This document shows positions 39,084 to 53,325 of a stretch of DNA of 64,000 nucleotides, in pieces. Source of the DNA: Eledone cirrhosa (lineage: Eukaryota); assembly GCA_964016885.1 (NCBI GenBank), contig OZ024745.1:56172001-56236000 (forward strand), in the 5' to 3' direction. The notes below the pieces were generated by a model. That model was not told the origin of the DNA. It saw only the letters and a list, made by a program, of their open reading frames with translations, and did not search any database. The translations under genes and the position numbers were made by a program. The first letter of the stretch is position 1. Every line of letters begins with the position of its first letter.

Positions 39084-39644
39084 AACCCATGTGCAATCAC
39101 GCAGTATTCTTCTTTCTTCTCATGTTTTTTATATATATTTACCTCTGCTGCATTTGTCTGTTTCTCTCTTACTGCTTCCCCGTTCTCTCTGTTGCTCTCA
39201 CCTTCTTTCGCCCCCTCTGTCAGTTACACTTTCTCTCGACTGACCTCTTCCTCGCACTTCCACTCACTCACTCTCTGTTTCTCCCCTTCTCACTTCCTCC
39301 CGTTTGGCTAGTAGTGGGTTCTCTTCTTGCTCACATCTCACGTCGGACGGTCTGTATCTTGATCGCTCATGAAATCCACCCAGCTTTCTGCTGACCGGAT
39401 AACCATGTTGCTTGTTTATTCCCATCTTTGCGTTGCTTTCATCCTTCTATGTTGTTTACTTGTCTCACTCGCTTTACGCGATTTACTTGTCCCAATAGCT
39501 TTTTTTAGTTATTGCTCGCACCAACCTGAGGTATATGATTTTTAATGCGACGAAATATCAATGATGGTTGGCAAATCACTGACGAAGGACTAATTTTATC
39601 ATATGTAACCCATGTGCAACCACGCAGTATTCTTCTTTCTTCTC

Positions 39645-39652
<8 letters not shown>
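39081..39652. mobile_element. non-coding insert with ~50-bp terminal direct repeats (523-bp period)
   Basis: TGTAACCCATGTGCAA(T/C)CACGCAGTATTCTTCTTTCTTCTCATGTTTT at 39081 and 39604; microsatellite flanks. Confidence 0.65.
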
Positions 39653-39731
<79 letters not shown>

Positions 39732-39836
39732 CACCTTCACAACTAATTGATTTGACAGATGTCTTTAACCTATTGGTACCACACATTATTTTGTCAGTAG
39801 TTCGTGTGTATGTGTAAGTATATATATATTTATATA

Positions 39837-40048
39837 TTATAAAGTGAGGTTTTTTTTACAAAATGAAAAATAACCGAGGTGTCCTACACGAGTGAAAGTA
39901 TAAAGAAAAAAAGATGAAATCGAAAATGCAACTGGAGTCTTATTTTTTTTTTAAATATATATATTTATTTGGTTCCTTTACCGGTTTCGCAGTTCTTCTG
40001 CTTTTCAAAAGTAGAGTTGAGATGGAGGGTCTGTGCTTTTTCTCACAT
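39837..40048 (-). mobile_element. ~210-bp HHR-bearing non-autonomous element (family S)
   Basis: Near-identical to 55639-55850 with the same ends; within (TA)n. Confidence 0.8.
39975..40011 (-). ncRNA. minimal type I hammerhead, U3:A8 variant (family S)
   Basis: CTT-TTGAAAA-GCAG aagaa CTGC-GAAA-CCGG-TA-AAG. Confidence 0.7.
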
Positions 40049-40059
40049 ATATATTATAT

Positions 40060-40159
40060 ATAGTAATAATAATAAATGCGAAGACTAAAATCCAAAGAAT
40101 ATCCCGTTAAGGGTGATAGCAGCGATTTTTTGTTTAAACTCTAATATGTTATTTTAATA
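40060..40159. mobile_element. mini fold-back of PLE family B termini
   Basis: 3' tail (-) plus partial HHR (ATCCCGTTAAGGGTGA..) on +. Confidence 0.7.
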
Positions 40160-40289
40160 TATATAGATATAGATATATATAAGCAAAAAAATGCTTATTG
40201 TGATCCAATTTTTGGTTAAGAAAGCCAGTTTCATGGATGGTTTCAACGTACGGTTAGGAGTAACTCCACAAGTTTGTAAGAATTCCGTT

Positions 40290-42940
40290 CAATCTTGGAA
40301 TACTAACAAATGAGGCGGCACTGATAAACATCAACAACGAGGCACACAATATAGTCAAACACCTAGGAATAGACGACAGAACGGAGCCACTTAGGCCATG
40401 TACCCCCACATTTAACCTCAAAGACCACAAGGTAAATTTTGATTATAACCCCACAATTAGACTTATATGCCCGTCCAAATCGGACATCGGGAAAATTAGT
40501 AAACATATATTAGACAGAGTGATAGCACAAATGAAGAATAAACTAGTAATTAAACTATGGGGTACGCTACCGAAACAATTAAGTGGTTTAACAATATAGC
40601 TAACAAAGAAGTATCTAAATTTATACAATTTGACATTAACGATTATTACTCATCTATATCCCCCAACACCTTGGATAAAGCCTTAGCATTCGCCAAAGCC
40701 AATTCTGACATATCAGACGACGAGATAAAAATCATATTAGCTGCTAGGAAAACAATAATTAAATTTGAAAACGCCTATTGGGAACGTAAGGATAGATTAA
40801 ATAACTTTGACATCACGATGGGGGCTAACGACTCGGCTCAAGTCACAGATTTAGTAGGTATTTACATAGCCCATAGTTTACAAAGTGAGTTTAACGACCT
40901 TCACGGTGGAATCTACAGAGACGACGCCCTTCTCCTAGTTAAGAACCTAAATAACCAGAGCATAGAAAGACTCCGTAAGAATATTAGAAAGACCCTCGGA
41001 AAACTAGGCCTTAGCATAACGTATGAGTATAGCACTAAAACAGTTAACTTTCTAGACGTGACGCTTAACCTAAATACGGGATTTATAAGACCTTTTCACA
41101 AGATTAATGAATACTTAGCATACATCAACTGTAACTCAAACCACCCACTATCCATAATTAAATCCATTCCACGCAGCATATCCCTTAGGATCTCCCGCCT
41201 CTCATCTAACCGACAAATCTTCGAAGAACATGCAGAATACTACAATACCGCATTAGACAAGGCAGGCCACTTAGATAGAGTAGAATATATAGATGAAAGC
41301 CTCCGTGAAGCGCACACGAACACGCATAACACAAACTCCGGTAACACACGCACAACGCACTTACGCATAGAACTGCAAAGTATATGGCAAATAGAAATAC
41401 ATCGAAATCAAACAAGTCACGCAGTAGAAAATATATTTGGTATAACCCCATATTTAACACCTCTATTAGTACTAACCTACCCTCTACCTTCTTTAGAATA
41501 ATAAATAAGCACTTTCCAGATTCACATAGATACAGCAAAATCCTTAACACTAAATCTATTAGACTATCTTACTCCACGGCACCAAATATAGAGGCACACA
41601 TTAAGATGCTTAACGCTAAAAAGATACATAACAACACCAAAACACAAATTTACAACAATAACAATACAATCACCACCGAACACAACAGAATATCTAATAC
41701 ACAACCACCCGCTAATAGGCAAACAAAACGTAACACACTTGTACAGGCATCGCAGCCCACAAATAATGCCAAAGTTGCCCATGACAAGAACTGTAACTGC
41801 CACCTACCTGAAACCTGTCCATTACATAATGAATGTATGCAGTCTAACCTGGTTTACCAATGCACAGTGGAATCAGACAACCAGAAATGGTATTACATCG
41901 GAGCGACTGGGAATACATTTAAAGCCCGTTGGTATACACACCGTTACGCAATGAAACATTCCCAGCACCATTATGTAACTACCCTTGCAAACAAGACCTG
42001 GCAACTGAGGGAAAATAACCATCAATACACCCTGAAGTGGAAAAAATTATCGAACGCGCCCCCATATCGGAGTGGTATGAGAAGCTGTCGATTATGCGAC
42101 CTTGAGCTGTTCCACATCTTAAGTTCGAAGAATAAGTTACTCAACAATAAAATCGAGAGATCAATTTATTGTAATCATAGACTCAAAGAGAAGTTTTCGC
42201 ACTACTAATCGAACCCTTAACCTCTTACTACCAACTGACAAACTGCATATACTTAGACTTTATACCCTCTTGCTGTATCTAAACCCTTCAATTACCCACA
42301 AAACCAATACATATATCCCCCTCTTCTCCCTCATTCCGCTTCTATTTCTTCGTTTTCTTCCTTCCTTCCCTCCCCTTCTTGGCTATCTTTTCTTTTCTTC
42401 TTTCTCACCCCCTTTTTCGCTTTTATTTTTGTCATTATTATCTTTATCTTTATTTTATATATATATATATATTTATCTCTTTATATCTCCCCCCTCTCTC
42501 TCTTCCTCTCTATCCATCCCTCCCACTATGATCAATTTAATTCTCTTTAACTCACTACATTCCACGACATGAAGTCTGCTATCAAAACTGACCAAGGAAT
42601 ACTTCCACCTCTACCCCTCCCTCCATCTCAGTTTGTCACTCTACTTCCTACCTCTTCTCCCTTCCTCTCTCTATACTATTCCGTCTGTCCCCTCACCTTC
42701 TGATTCCTCTTTCTCTATACTAGTAAATACAATTCCAAATAAATGTTTTCTCTATATATTAAGAATTATTTCAAGAGTAACTTACTATTTTGAAAATTTG
42801 GACTGTGAACAACAATTATAATTGAGTGGCTGCTATTTGCAGTATAACAATATAAGGTTGCACTTACCAATGAAACGGTCGTAAATAGCTGGATAAAATC
42901 CTTCTCTTAATGCTTACCTGTGTTTTCTCTTTTATACTAT
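40290..42940 (+). mobile_element. 5'-truncated PLE family C (Hydra-clade-like)
   Basis: RT and endonuclease ORFs; pyrimidine-rich 3' UTR; ends in (TA)n/(TG)n. Confidence 0.88.
40300..42208 (+). pseudogene. frameshifted PLE RT plus GIY-YIG (ORFs 40557-41501 and 41384-42208)
   Basis: QFDINDYY; FDITMGANDSAQVTDLVG; GIYRDD; NFLDVTL; CNCx5C; NLVYQC..YIGAT; CRLC. Confidence 0.88.
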
Positions 42941-42956
42941 ATATATATATATATAA

Positions 42957-43124
<168 letters not shown>

Positions 43125-43341
43125 TGTGCGTGTGTCTCTCTATATGTATGTTTGCATTAAGCTTTAGAATTAGTAGAATGTACAACCACTGATTCCAACT
43201 ATTTGCACTAACATATATTGTGGTTTCTATTAATTCCCTGGGGAATTGGTTGACCAAATGCACTGCTTGATTGTTTTATTTATTTTTTGGAAGAATTTAT
43301 TCTTTCTCTTAGATTTCAGGTATTTTTTGAAAGATAAGTGT

Positions 43342-44362
43342 TGGCCCCTAAAATACTACAGTGGGCCCTGCTGCAATGGTACTGTGGGCCCCGGCACTGC
43401 CATCGTTGTCCCGCTGGGGCCCACTTGCCATTGGGCAACCTGTTTTTTTAAATAATCAAATTAAATTAATTCAACACACATACGAATAATAAGGTTTTTA
43501 CCAAAGAGCCAGAAGATTAACAAGTCGACCCTAAAAAAAATATGACTCATAGCTTTAGGAAAGCCATGAACGACACCACATCCTTTTAACTTTGATTTTG
43601 AAAGTAGGTTTATAATTATTAATTTTCATTGCACTTTTGTGGCTGTCTCGGCGGCTTAGCTGGAGGAAGCATAGACGGTCGTGATCCTGGGCTGAAGTTC
43701 GATGCTGGCTGAGAGTAGGGGTCCGGTAAACCTTTTCACTTTTTTTCTATGGGATCTCAAATAAAAACTGAAAAAGATTACATGTACCACTTGATTAGGA
43801 TTGATCCCAACGTCAGGATCACCACCACCTTCTCTTGTACCTACCGCTAGTCCACTGATACAACTACGAAAATCTTCTAAAAATTCATACTTATAAACCT
43901 ACTATCAAAATTTTCAAAACAAAATCATGCGGTGCCATTCATGTTTTTCTTAATGTCATAGTTCCTACTGAAGGTCAACTTCTAAATCATTTGGGTGCTC
44001 CATAAACTACATCCTCGTTTTGTTTCTAATCTATCTACAATATATATTAACCTGTAATCCATGTTTCATTTCTTTTGCACCTTATTTTTTCCTCCTCTCT
44101 CTCTCTATTTCTCTCTGTGATATTTGAATTTACTTTGATTTTGGCTTACTTTATTCATATATATATGTTTTTTTAATGTTACTTTCAAAACTACAATGAT
44201 TGGCATATATATATATATAGATATTTTTGAAAGCTAAGCATGGGCCCCTAAAATACTACAGTGGACCCTGCAATGGTGCTGCCGGCTCCTGCAATGCCAC
44301 CGTTGTCCGCCTGGGACCCACTTACCATTGGGCAACCTGGATACCTGGCCAGTCCGCCACTG
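43342..44362. mobile_element. probable hAT-type DNA transposon end with duplicated GGGCCC-rich subterminal block
   Basis: ~100-bp block at 43342-43442 repeated at 44241-44340; terminal GGCCAGTCCGCCACTG (reverse complement CAGTGGCGGACTGGCC); partner terminal repeat not seen. Confidence 0.45.
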
Positions 44363-44480
44363 TGAGATGTATATTTATATACTTTATTTTACCCACTTTC
44401 TTCAAAATGACTTTTTCTCTTTCTGTCGGCTATCTATCTACACATGTCTCCCCCTCTCTCTCTCTCTCTCTCGCGCTCTC

Positions 44481-44557
<77 letters not shown>

Positions 44558-44947
44558 ATTTTTCTCTGTATATGTATTTCTCTTAATCATTTTATATTTA
44601 CAACTATATAAAGAAAGAACGTCATCTCTCAGTTATCAATTCGAGTCTTATATATATATATATATATGATAACGAGATATCGTTTAAGGTAATCCAGACA
44701 TAGGTTATGAGTACTCTGTATCGAGTATAGTTTTAACGTTTGGCGTTGTTTGTCTCAACAAGAAGTTTCCTCAGTCGGGTGGCCGGCTTAAGAAAGTTCC
44801 TGGGCAGGCGGTTCTTGGAGTAATAATAGTAAAAGAATGGGGAATAACATGGTGGGCTGACTAGTGAAACAATTGTTAATACTTTAAATAAACCCTATTG
44901 TAGAGCCGACCATGTTATTCCTCATTCTTTTACTATATATATATATA

Positions 44948-45048
<101 letters not shown>

Positions 45049-45243
45049 ATATTTGGGGAGGGTCATATTTGCGTAATATTGCCAGAATTAATAACAGAAC
45101 ACACTCACTGTTTGGTTGGTTTTCGCTTCTCGCTGTCTTTTATATATATATATCTGCGATCTAACTTACTCGGTCCTCAATGTTGCCATTGACTGACCGG
45201 CGGTCAAAAATAATACAGATACAATATAGACAAACACATATAT

Positions 45244-45300
45244 ATATAGTTTACATAAATCTTTCGTTGCACATCTGCAACATCGTCAGTGGTGTTATAT
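45244..45300 (-). ncRNA. minimal type I hammerhead (family N2)
   Basis: Inverted copy of 49572-49628. Confidence 0.65.
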
Positions 45301-45561
45301 TCATTGTTCCTCCTGTTGTGTTGTATGTCTACGCCATTTTTTTTGTTCAGTCTGTCTATATATTTATTTATTTATTTGCTTGTTTGTTTATCTTATTTTA
45401 TTTTGTCTTCTTTGCGCATGCGTTTGCGTGTGTGTATAGTGTTATGTGTGATGTGTGACTAGTGTGTATAGTGTTGTGTCTGCTGGGTGACTAGTGTGTG
45501 TTTATGTGCTTGTGTATGTATTTATTTATCTTATTTTATTTAATTTAATTTACTTATTTAT

Positions 45562-47116
45562 TTATACTTCTCTTAGGTCAGTGTTGTTTGTTTGGGTGTT
45601 GTTGTTGTTCCACTCATTCTTTCTGTTTAGCTTTGGTCTTCTAATTTCTATTTCACTGGCCTCTCTGATTTGCCTATCTGCTGGGTCATTCCTATGTTTA
45701 GATATTATTCTAATTTCTATGTTGTCTATGTTACCGTCATGATGTTGTCTAGCATGTTCGTATAGTACTGACCCGTTTTTTCGTCCTTTTAGTTCCCCCC
45801 AGTGTTGGTCTATCCTTTCACCTATGCTACGAGCTGTCTCACCTATGTATGTTGTTGTCGTGTTTCTGCAAGTACCCTCTGTACATCTTATGCTATAGAC
45901 TACGTTTCTAGTTTTACAGTTTATCCGGGGGTTCACCTTACATATGATACATTTCCTATTGGTACAGTGGGTTTTCTTAAAAGGGTAGGTTTTGCTGATC
46001 AGGGATTTTATGGTGGTTCCTGGCTTTTCTACCACCTTTATTTTTAAGTGGGTCTTTCTCAGGGCCTTTCTACACTGGTTAGCTAATTTCCCTCCAGGGG
46101 TGGCGTCCACAAACATGACACTCTGATATCTCTGGTTGTCGTACCATGATGTGGCCTTCCCTATCTTATGTCTAGCCCTATCTAAGCTATTCCATGATTT
46201 GCTCCTGTATAGTGGGCAAATTCCTTTCATGTCCAGTTCTATGAGGGTCTTATACTTTTCCATGGCTCCTTCGTATACTCTGACTCTGTCTCTTTGGTTG
46301 TAGCCAGAGAACTGCATGCGGTTGATGAAGTGTTGGATGTGTCCTTCCATTTCTGTTGGGTCGCACATGCTGGACACATTCTTCATCACTCGTACCAAAT
46401 CTGCGATCAGAATATTAAACTTAGCACTACTGGACATTGCTGAGTTTTTGAGTATCAGGTATTTGGAGGCCATGGGTTTAGCATAGTGTGAGTGGAGAAT
46501 TTGGGCTCTCTCGTCTATAGTGTTAATCCAGAGTTCTGTGTCTAATACAGGTAGTCTATTGTTAGGGTGTTTGGAAGGGAAGTCTATAGTTACAGTTATA
46601 CTCTGGTGTATGGAATTAGCTATCTGCTGGATGCTTTCCATCGTGCTACGTTCTAAATCAAACTTGTTAGTGCTCTCTAGTGGGGGTGTTCTTATAACTA
46701 TATTGATATCGTCTACATAACGAGAGTACATGATGAGGTCTATGGAGCTTTCATTAAGGAGATCTTTAAGTCTCCTTTCCCACCATACCATGAAAAGGTT
46801 GGCAACATCGCCAGCTATGCTGACGCCAATGGCTGCTCCCTCATTTTGGGTGTAGATTTTCTCATTGAACTTAAATATGTGGCCCTTTAGGGTAGTTTTG
46901 ATACTAACCCCTATTGCATATGCGACCATTTTTCTTACCTGATCAGTGTTTTGGGGGGTCCGTATAGCTTTGGTCCACCCAATCCACCTTCCTATGGGAG
47001 TCTTTTTAGCCATTGAGGTTATGGTGGGGGGTCTACCTCTTATAGGTCTACTCGGGCAGAGACATCTAAGGTCATGGCTGTCTAGGTAGTCAGTGTCGTA
47101 GGTAAGTCTAAGTAGG
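45562..47116 (-). pseudogene. inverted 5'-truncated copy of the PLE RT-GIY-YIG ORF
   Basis: 483-aa ORF identical to the C-terminal part of 47136-49310 except AYA versus AHA. Confidence 0.9.
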
Positions 47117-47135
47117 GATAAAACCTGTAGAAGGC

Positions 47136-49310
47136 TTGGTTAGCCTCAAGCAGCGCACAAGGGATGGTGAGGTAGTGTGTCTACCCACAGATAAGTCTGG
47201 TAGGATGTCAATAGATAGCATGCCGAACTACATCGAGGCAATGCAACCCCACATCACCAACACGAGCGAAGTTGCACAACTAACACACGATGGGAGAGAA
47301 AAAATCCTCAACGCTCACATGATGATGTGGACTGACATCCTTAAGCCAAGCAGACGCACTGCCAACAACTTCCAGGCGTCTAACAATGGCATACCACCCT
47401 TGTATGGGCTCCGCAAAGACCACAAGACAGTCGACGACCCGACAACAGGACCACCAACAAGACCTGTATGCGGAGCTAATATAGCTAGCAACTACAGGAT
47501 CTCCTACTTCCTCTCAATGGTTATACGCCCCATAATCAAGATGTCCCCAGATGTATGTGAAAGTACAGAGGACCTCCTCAGCAGAATCAGTGAGTGCAAC
47601 AAAAACAGGAGCCTATCCAACTGCATAATAGGCAGCATGGATGTGGTGTCACTGTACCCATCCATTAACATTGATTTTGCTGTGAAAAGATGTGTGGAGA
47701 TGATCATTGAGAGTGAGGTGGAGTTCTGCGACGTCGACACAGACGAACTGGGCCTCCTACTTAGACTTACCTACGACACTGACTACCTAGACAGCCATGA
47801 CCTTAGATGTCTCTGCCCGAGTAGACCTATAAGAGGTAGACCCCCCACCATAACCTCAATGGCTAAAAAGACTCCCATAGGAAGGTGGATTGGGTGGACC
47901 AAAGCTATACGGACCCCCCAAAACACTGATCAGGTAAGAAAAATGGTCGCACATGCAATAGGGGTTAGTATCAAAACTACCCTAAAGGGCCACATATTTA
48001 AGTTCAATGAGAAAATCTACACCCAAAATGAGGGAGCAGCCATTGGCGTCAGCATAGCTGGCGATGTTGCCAACCTTTTCATGGTATGGTGGGAAAGGAG
48101 ACTTAAAGATCTCCTTAATGAAAGCTCCATAGACCTCATCATGTACTCTCGTTATGTAGACGATATCAATATAGTTATAAGAACACCCCCACTAGAGAGC
48201 ACTAACAAGTTTGATTTAGAACGTAGCACGATGGAAAGCATCCAGCAGATAGCTAATTCCATACACCAGAGTATAACTGTAACTATAGACTTCCCTTCCA
48301 AACACCCTAACAATAGACTACCTGTATTAGACACAGAACTCTGGATTAACACTATAGACGAGAGAGCCCAAATTCTCCACTCACACTATGCTAAACCCAT
48401 GGCCTCCAAATACCTGATACTCAAAAACTCAGCAATGTCCAGTAGTGCTAAGTTTAATATTCTGATCGCAGATTTGGTACGAGTGATGAAGAATGTGTCC
48501 AGCATGTGCGACCCAACAGAAATGGAAGGACACATCCAACACTTCATCAACCGCATGCAGTTCTCTGGCTACAACCAAAGAGACAGAGTCAGAGTATACG
48601 AAGGAGCCATGGAAAAGTATAAGACCCTCATAGAACTGGACATGAAAGGAATTTGCCCACTATACAGGAGCAAATCATGGAATAGCTTAGATAGGGCTAG
48701 ACATAAGATAGGGAAGGCCACATCATGGTACGACAACCAGAGATATCAGAGTGTCATGTTTGTGGACGCCACCCCTGGAGGGAAATTAGCTAACCAGTGT
48801 AGAAAGGCCCTGAGAAAGACCCACTTAAAAATAAAGGTGGTAGAAAAGCCAGGAACCACCATAAAATCCCTGATCAGCAAAACCTACCCTTTTAAGAAAA
48901 CCCACTGTACCAATAGGAAATGTATCATATGTAAGGTGAACCCCCGGATAAACTGTAAAACTAGAAACGTAGTCTATAGCATAAGATGTACAGAGGGTAC
49001 TTGCAGAAACACGACAACAACATACATAGGTGAGACAGCTCGTAGCATAGGTGAAAGGATAGACCAACACTGGGGGGAACTAAAAGGACGAAAAAACGGG
49101 TCAGTACTATACGAACATGCTAGACAACATCATGACGGTAACATAGACAACATAGAAATTAGAATAATATCTAAACATAGGAATGACCCAGCAGATAGGC
49201 AAATCAGAGAGGCCAGTGAAATAGAAATTAGAAGACCAAAGCTAAACAGAAAGAATGAGTGGAACAACAACAACACCCAAACAAACAACACTGACCTAAG
49301 AGAAGTATAA
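47136..49310 (+). CDS. PLE polyprotein, RT plus C-terminal GIY-YIG (open but probably 5'-truncated; Nematis-like assignment tentative)
   Basis: DKSG; LYGLRKDHK; PTRPVC; SMDVVSLYPSI; QNEGAAIG; SRYVDD; LPVLD; CxxxxCxxC; NVVYSIRC..YIGETARS; uninterrupted 724 codons; no true N-terminal ATG context. Confidence 0.9.
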   Translation: MVSLKQRTRDGEVVCLPTDKSGRMSIDSMPNYIEAMQPHITNTSEVAQLTHDGREKILNAHMMMWTDILKPSRRTANNFQASNNGIPPLYGLRKDHKTVDDPTTGPPTRPVCGANIASNYRISYFLSMVIRPIIKMSPDVCESTEDLLSRISECNKNRSLSNCIIGSMDVVSLYPSINIDFAVKRCVEMIIESEVEFCDVDTDELGLLLRLTYDTDYLDSHDLRCLCPSRPIRGRPPTITSMAKKTPIGRWIGWTKAIRTPQNTDQVRKMVAHAIGVSIKTTLKGHIFKFNEKIYTQNEGAAIGVSIAGDVANLFMVWWERRLKDLLNESSIDLIMYSRYVDDINIVIRTPPLESTNKFDLERSTMESIQQIANSIHQSITVTIDFPSKHPNNRLPVLDTELWINTIDERAQILHSHYAKPMASKYLILKNSAMSSSAKFNILIADLVRVMKNVSSMCDPTEMEGHIQHFINRMQFSGYNQRDRVRVYEGAMEKYKTLIELDMKGICPLYRSKSWNSLDRARHKIGKATSWYDNQRYQSVMFVDATPGGKLANQCRKALRKTHLKIKVVEKPGTTIKSLISKTYPFKKTHCTNRKCIICKVNPRINCKTRNVVYSIRCTEGTCRNTTTTYIGETARSIGERIDQHWGELKGRKNGSVLYEHARQHHDGNIDNIEIRIISKHRNDPADRQIREASEIEIRRPKLNRKNEWNNNNTQTNNTDLREV

Positions 49311-49571
49311 ATAAATAAGTAAATTAAATTAAATAAAATAAGATAAATAAATACATACACAAGCACATAAACACACACTAGTCACCCAGCAGACACAACA
49401 CTATACACACTAGTCACACATCACACATAACACTATACACACACGCAAACGCATGCGCAAAGAAGACAAAATAAAATAAGATAAACAAACAAGCAAATAA
49501 ATAAATAAATATATAGACAGACTGAACAAAAAAAATGGCGTAGACATACAACACAACAGGAGGAACAATGA

Positions 49572-49628
49572 ATATAACACCACTGACGATGTTGCAGATG
49601 TGCAACGAAAGATTTATGTAAACTATAT
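49572..49628 (+). ncRNA. minimal type I hammerhead (family N2)
   Basis: CA-CTGACGA-T-GTTGCA gatg TGCAAC-GAAA-GATT-TA-TG; weak proximal stem I, distal ATATA/TATAT; similar 3' UTR position to the N1 HHR. Confidence 0.65.
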
Positions 49629-49869
49629 ATATATGTGTTTGTCTATATTGTATCTGTATTATTTTTGACCGCCGGTCAGTCAATGGCAACATTGAGGACC
49701 GAGTAAGTTAGATCGCAGATATATATATATAAAAGACAGCGAGAAGCGAAAACCAACCAAACAGTGAGTGTGTTCTGTTATTAATTCTGGCAATATTACG
49801 CAAATATGACCCTCCCCAAATATAACAATATCTGTTTCGACACACGATTTCATATAAAAAACCTCGCAA

Positions 49870-49903
<34 letters not shown>

Positions 49904-50094
49904 CAAGAAACGAAGCAAGCTGAGTGGTTACTGTAAACAAAGTTTAACATGGTAATATGGACGAAACAAGAGAATAAACCTTTCATCAGCTGTTAACTGC
50001 AGATCATAGATGTTTCGGCACTTAAAACAGGGGGGTAGAAAAGATAGTAAAGAGAGAGGAAGAAAGAGAAAAAAGAAAAGAGGAAAAAATAAAG

Positions 50095-50449
<355 letters not shown>

Positions 50450-50492
50450 AATATATACACATACACACACATACACACATACATACATATAC

Positions 50493-50525
<33 letters not shown>

Positions 50526-50548
50526 CATAAAAAATATATATATATGTG

Positions 50549-50618
<70 letters not shown>

Positions 50619-50654
50619 TATATACATATATATATATACATATATATATATATA

Positions 50655-50930
50655 TTTTGTTTATACTTTGGGAGGGTCATGTTGCCAATAAGAAACACAC
50701 GCACCAGATGTTTCACTTCAATTTATTATAATAAATTTATAAATTTAGGAATTTATAAATTTCCGGTTGGTTGGTTGGTTGGTTCCACAACCAGATGATT
50801 GTTTATATATTTTCAAAGTTCTTTCGTCACACATTCTGTGACCTCTTCGGTGAGTGGGGATTATTTTCTTTGTTTTTGTTTTTGTGCCTCTCCTTTGTTC
50901 TGTCTTACGCCATCTTGTTTTTGTGTGGTT
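50655..50930 (-). mobile_element. PLE family N1 3' end fragment with mutated HHR (~50813-50857)
   Basis: Homologous to 6220-6490; core reads CCGAAGA. Confidence 0.8.
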
Positions 50931-51060
50931 CTACTAAGAGTGACAAAGGCCAGAGAAAAAGAATATTAAGGTTTGAATTATTGTAAATGCCTGATTTTGT
51001 GTGAGTGCGTGAGACCCCAACAATTCCTGTTTGTATTATATACAAAGTCATTTATATATA

Positions 51061-51252
51061 AAGGGTGGTGGATTGACAGTATCGGTAGAGGCTCAGACGC
51101 GATGTTTTGACGCATAGAGTTACGGCCCTTGCCATTCTGAGTTCAAATCCCGCCGAGGTTAACTTTGCCTTTCATCCTTACGACGTTGATAAAATAAAGT
51201 ACCAGTAATACAATGGGTAATTACTGGCCTTGTGTCAAAAGTAGAAACAATT
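51061..51252 (+). mobile_element. tRNA-derived SINE with TSD ATTATATACAAAGTCA
   Basis: Family match; TSD at 51035-50 and 51250-65. Confidence 0.9.
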
Positions 51253-52321
51253 ATATACAAAGTCACTTGTTACACAGTACAAAAACAGCTCTGTGGGGTA
51301 TTTGATAATTATTGTCCTTAAAATGATATATCTGGAATTAAATTGTTGGTATTGGCTTGGGATATTTCTGTTTATACTTAGGACGTGATGATTGCTAAGC
51401 ACCGGCAGATAACTTTTGCATCAGTAATATTAAATGTCGTATTTTATGTATCAAGAACAGAAAATAATTAGCTATATTGGACTATTGGATTAAACAGTCA
51501 GGTTTTAAGAGAGATATATTGGTCAGTTGATGTGCTTTTTTTCCTGTTATTCTTGTTCATATTATATTCTATATATATCCATATATACATACATACGTGT
51601 GTGTTTATGTGAATGTGTGTGTGGTGCGTGTGTGTGTTTGTGTGGGTATGTGTGTGTGTTTGTGTGGGTATGTGTGTGTGTTTGTATGTACGTGTATTTA
51701 TGTGGTGTGAAGTTTTAGCCGTCAGTTTGGAGGGTGAGAATTCCGTTATTTGATTAACCGAATATTGAACTCGTGAATATATATATAAATTGTTTATTAT
51801 TCCATAGACAAGAGTAGGTTTGAAATGATAACTAAGTCGTATCAACGCCATACAAAAAGTGAAATTTAAGGACCTTAACATACAGCTAAAACCATCTGAA
51901 TGGCTCTGATCGATCGATAAGATCCCACACCTTATTCGTTTGCCGAGTGGGAAGGACCACATTAAATCCGACCAAGGAAACAATGTTTCCATTGGTCTTT
52001 CCATTGCTGATACAATCTAGCGTTCGCAACTCCTGGTAGAAGGAGCAACGTGAAATAAAATGTCTTGCATCACTCAGTCCGAGAATAAAACTCGCAAACT
52101 TACGATTGCAAATCCAACTTTCTAACCACTAAGCAACGCTCGTACACAGATTATTTCATGCCAATTTCACTCACGAGGCTTGGGTCAATCATGAAATCTG
52201 TCAAAGACAATTGTTAACGATACGAGGTAGTGGGTCCGAACTCAAGACAACATGATTGCGAAGAAAGCATCTTCACAACTCTTTCTCTGTTTAAATACAC
52301 TGAAAGATACAAACATATACT

Positions 52322-52518
<197 letters not shown>

Positions 52519-52887
52519 TATATATAAGGCGGTGAGTGTTTATGAATGTTTGTGGGCACTGTATTCATATGTATGTATGATGTAGAATTGGATATAAAAT
52601 GTTGGTCAGAAATGAGGCGTGGTTAAATTTTGCATTTATAATTTCTTTGATATAAATCTCCTACAGAAATTTGCTCTGGGAATGAATTTGTTTCCAAACT
52701 GCAGAAGAAAGTTGTAGTTCACAGAATTTCAATGATATATTAAATTGATATGCTCTCCACTTTGATCTCACATACGCAAGTTATGTTAATAAATATTCAT
52801 ATCTAAATTCGTCAAAAGTTCGTCTTTAATTCCTACGTTTGCCAAGAAAATGAATTGAAACAGTCACTACGTTTTGTCATATATATG

Positions 52888-52967
<80 letters not shown>

Positions 52968-53238
52968 CAGCTACAAGTTTTGTCTAGGCTTCCTGAAATC
53001 ATGCTGAATTAGCTTGCATTGAATGTATTATTTATTCATATATTTATTGCTGCCAAATAGAATGTTGTTTAACAAGCTGATAGCTTGGCTAGTGTGCCGC
53101 ACAAAATATTATACTACGTTATTATGTAAATTTACATTCCCAATTCAGTTCCCATCAGTTGGATTGTGTCTTTCAGAGTTTTTTTTTATTATAAAATAGG
53201 CACCAGTAATATATATTGTCTACCACACACACACACAT

Positions 53239-53286
<48 letters not shown>

Positions 53287-53325
53287 CGAAGGAAATGTGG
53301 TAAGGAACCAGGTGGACCATAACGC

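Noticed and set aside
44725-44790. CTGAGGA-AAC...GTT-AAAA on the minus strand
   Set aside because: G12 and the cleavage triplet are absent; too degenerate to call
49980-50030. GAAA...CTGATGA on the minus strand (possible type II hammerhead)
   Set aside because: I could not form stem I or II, or place a UH site
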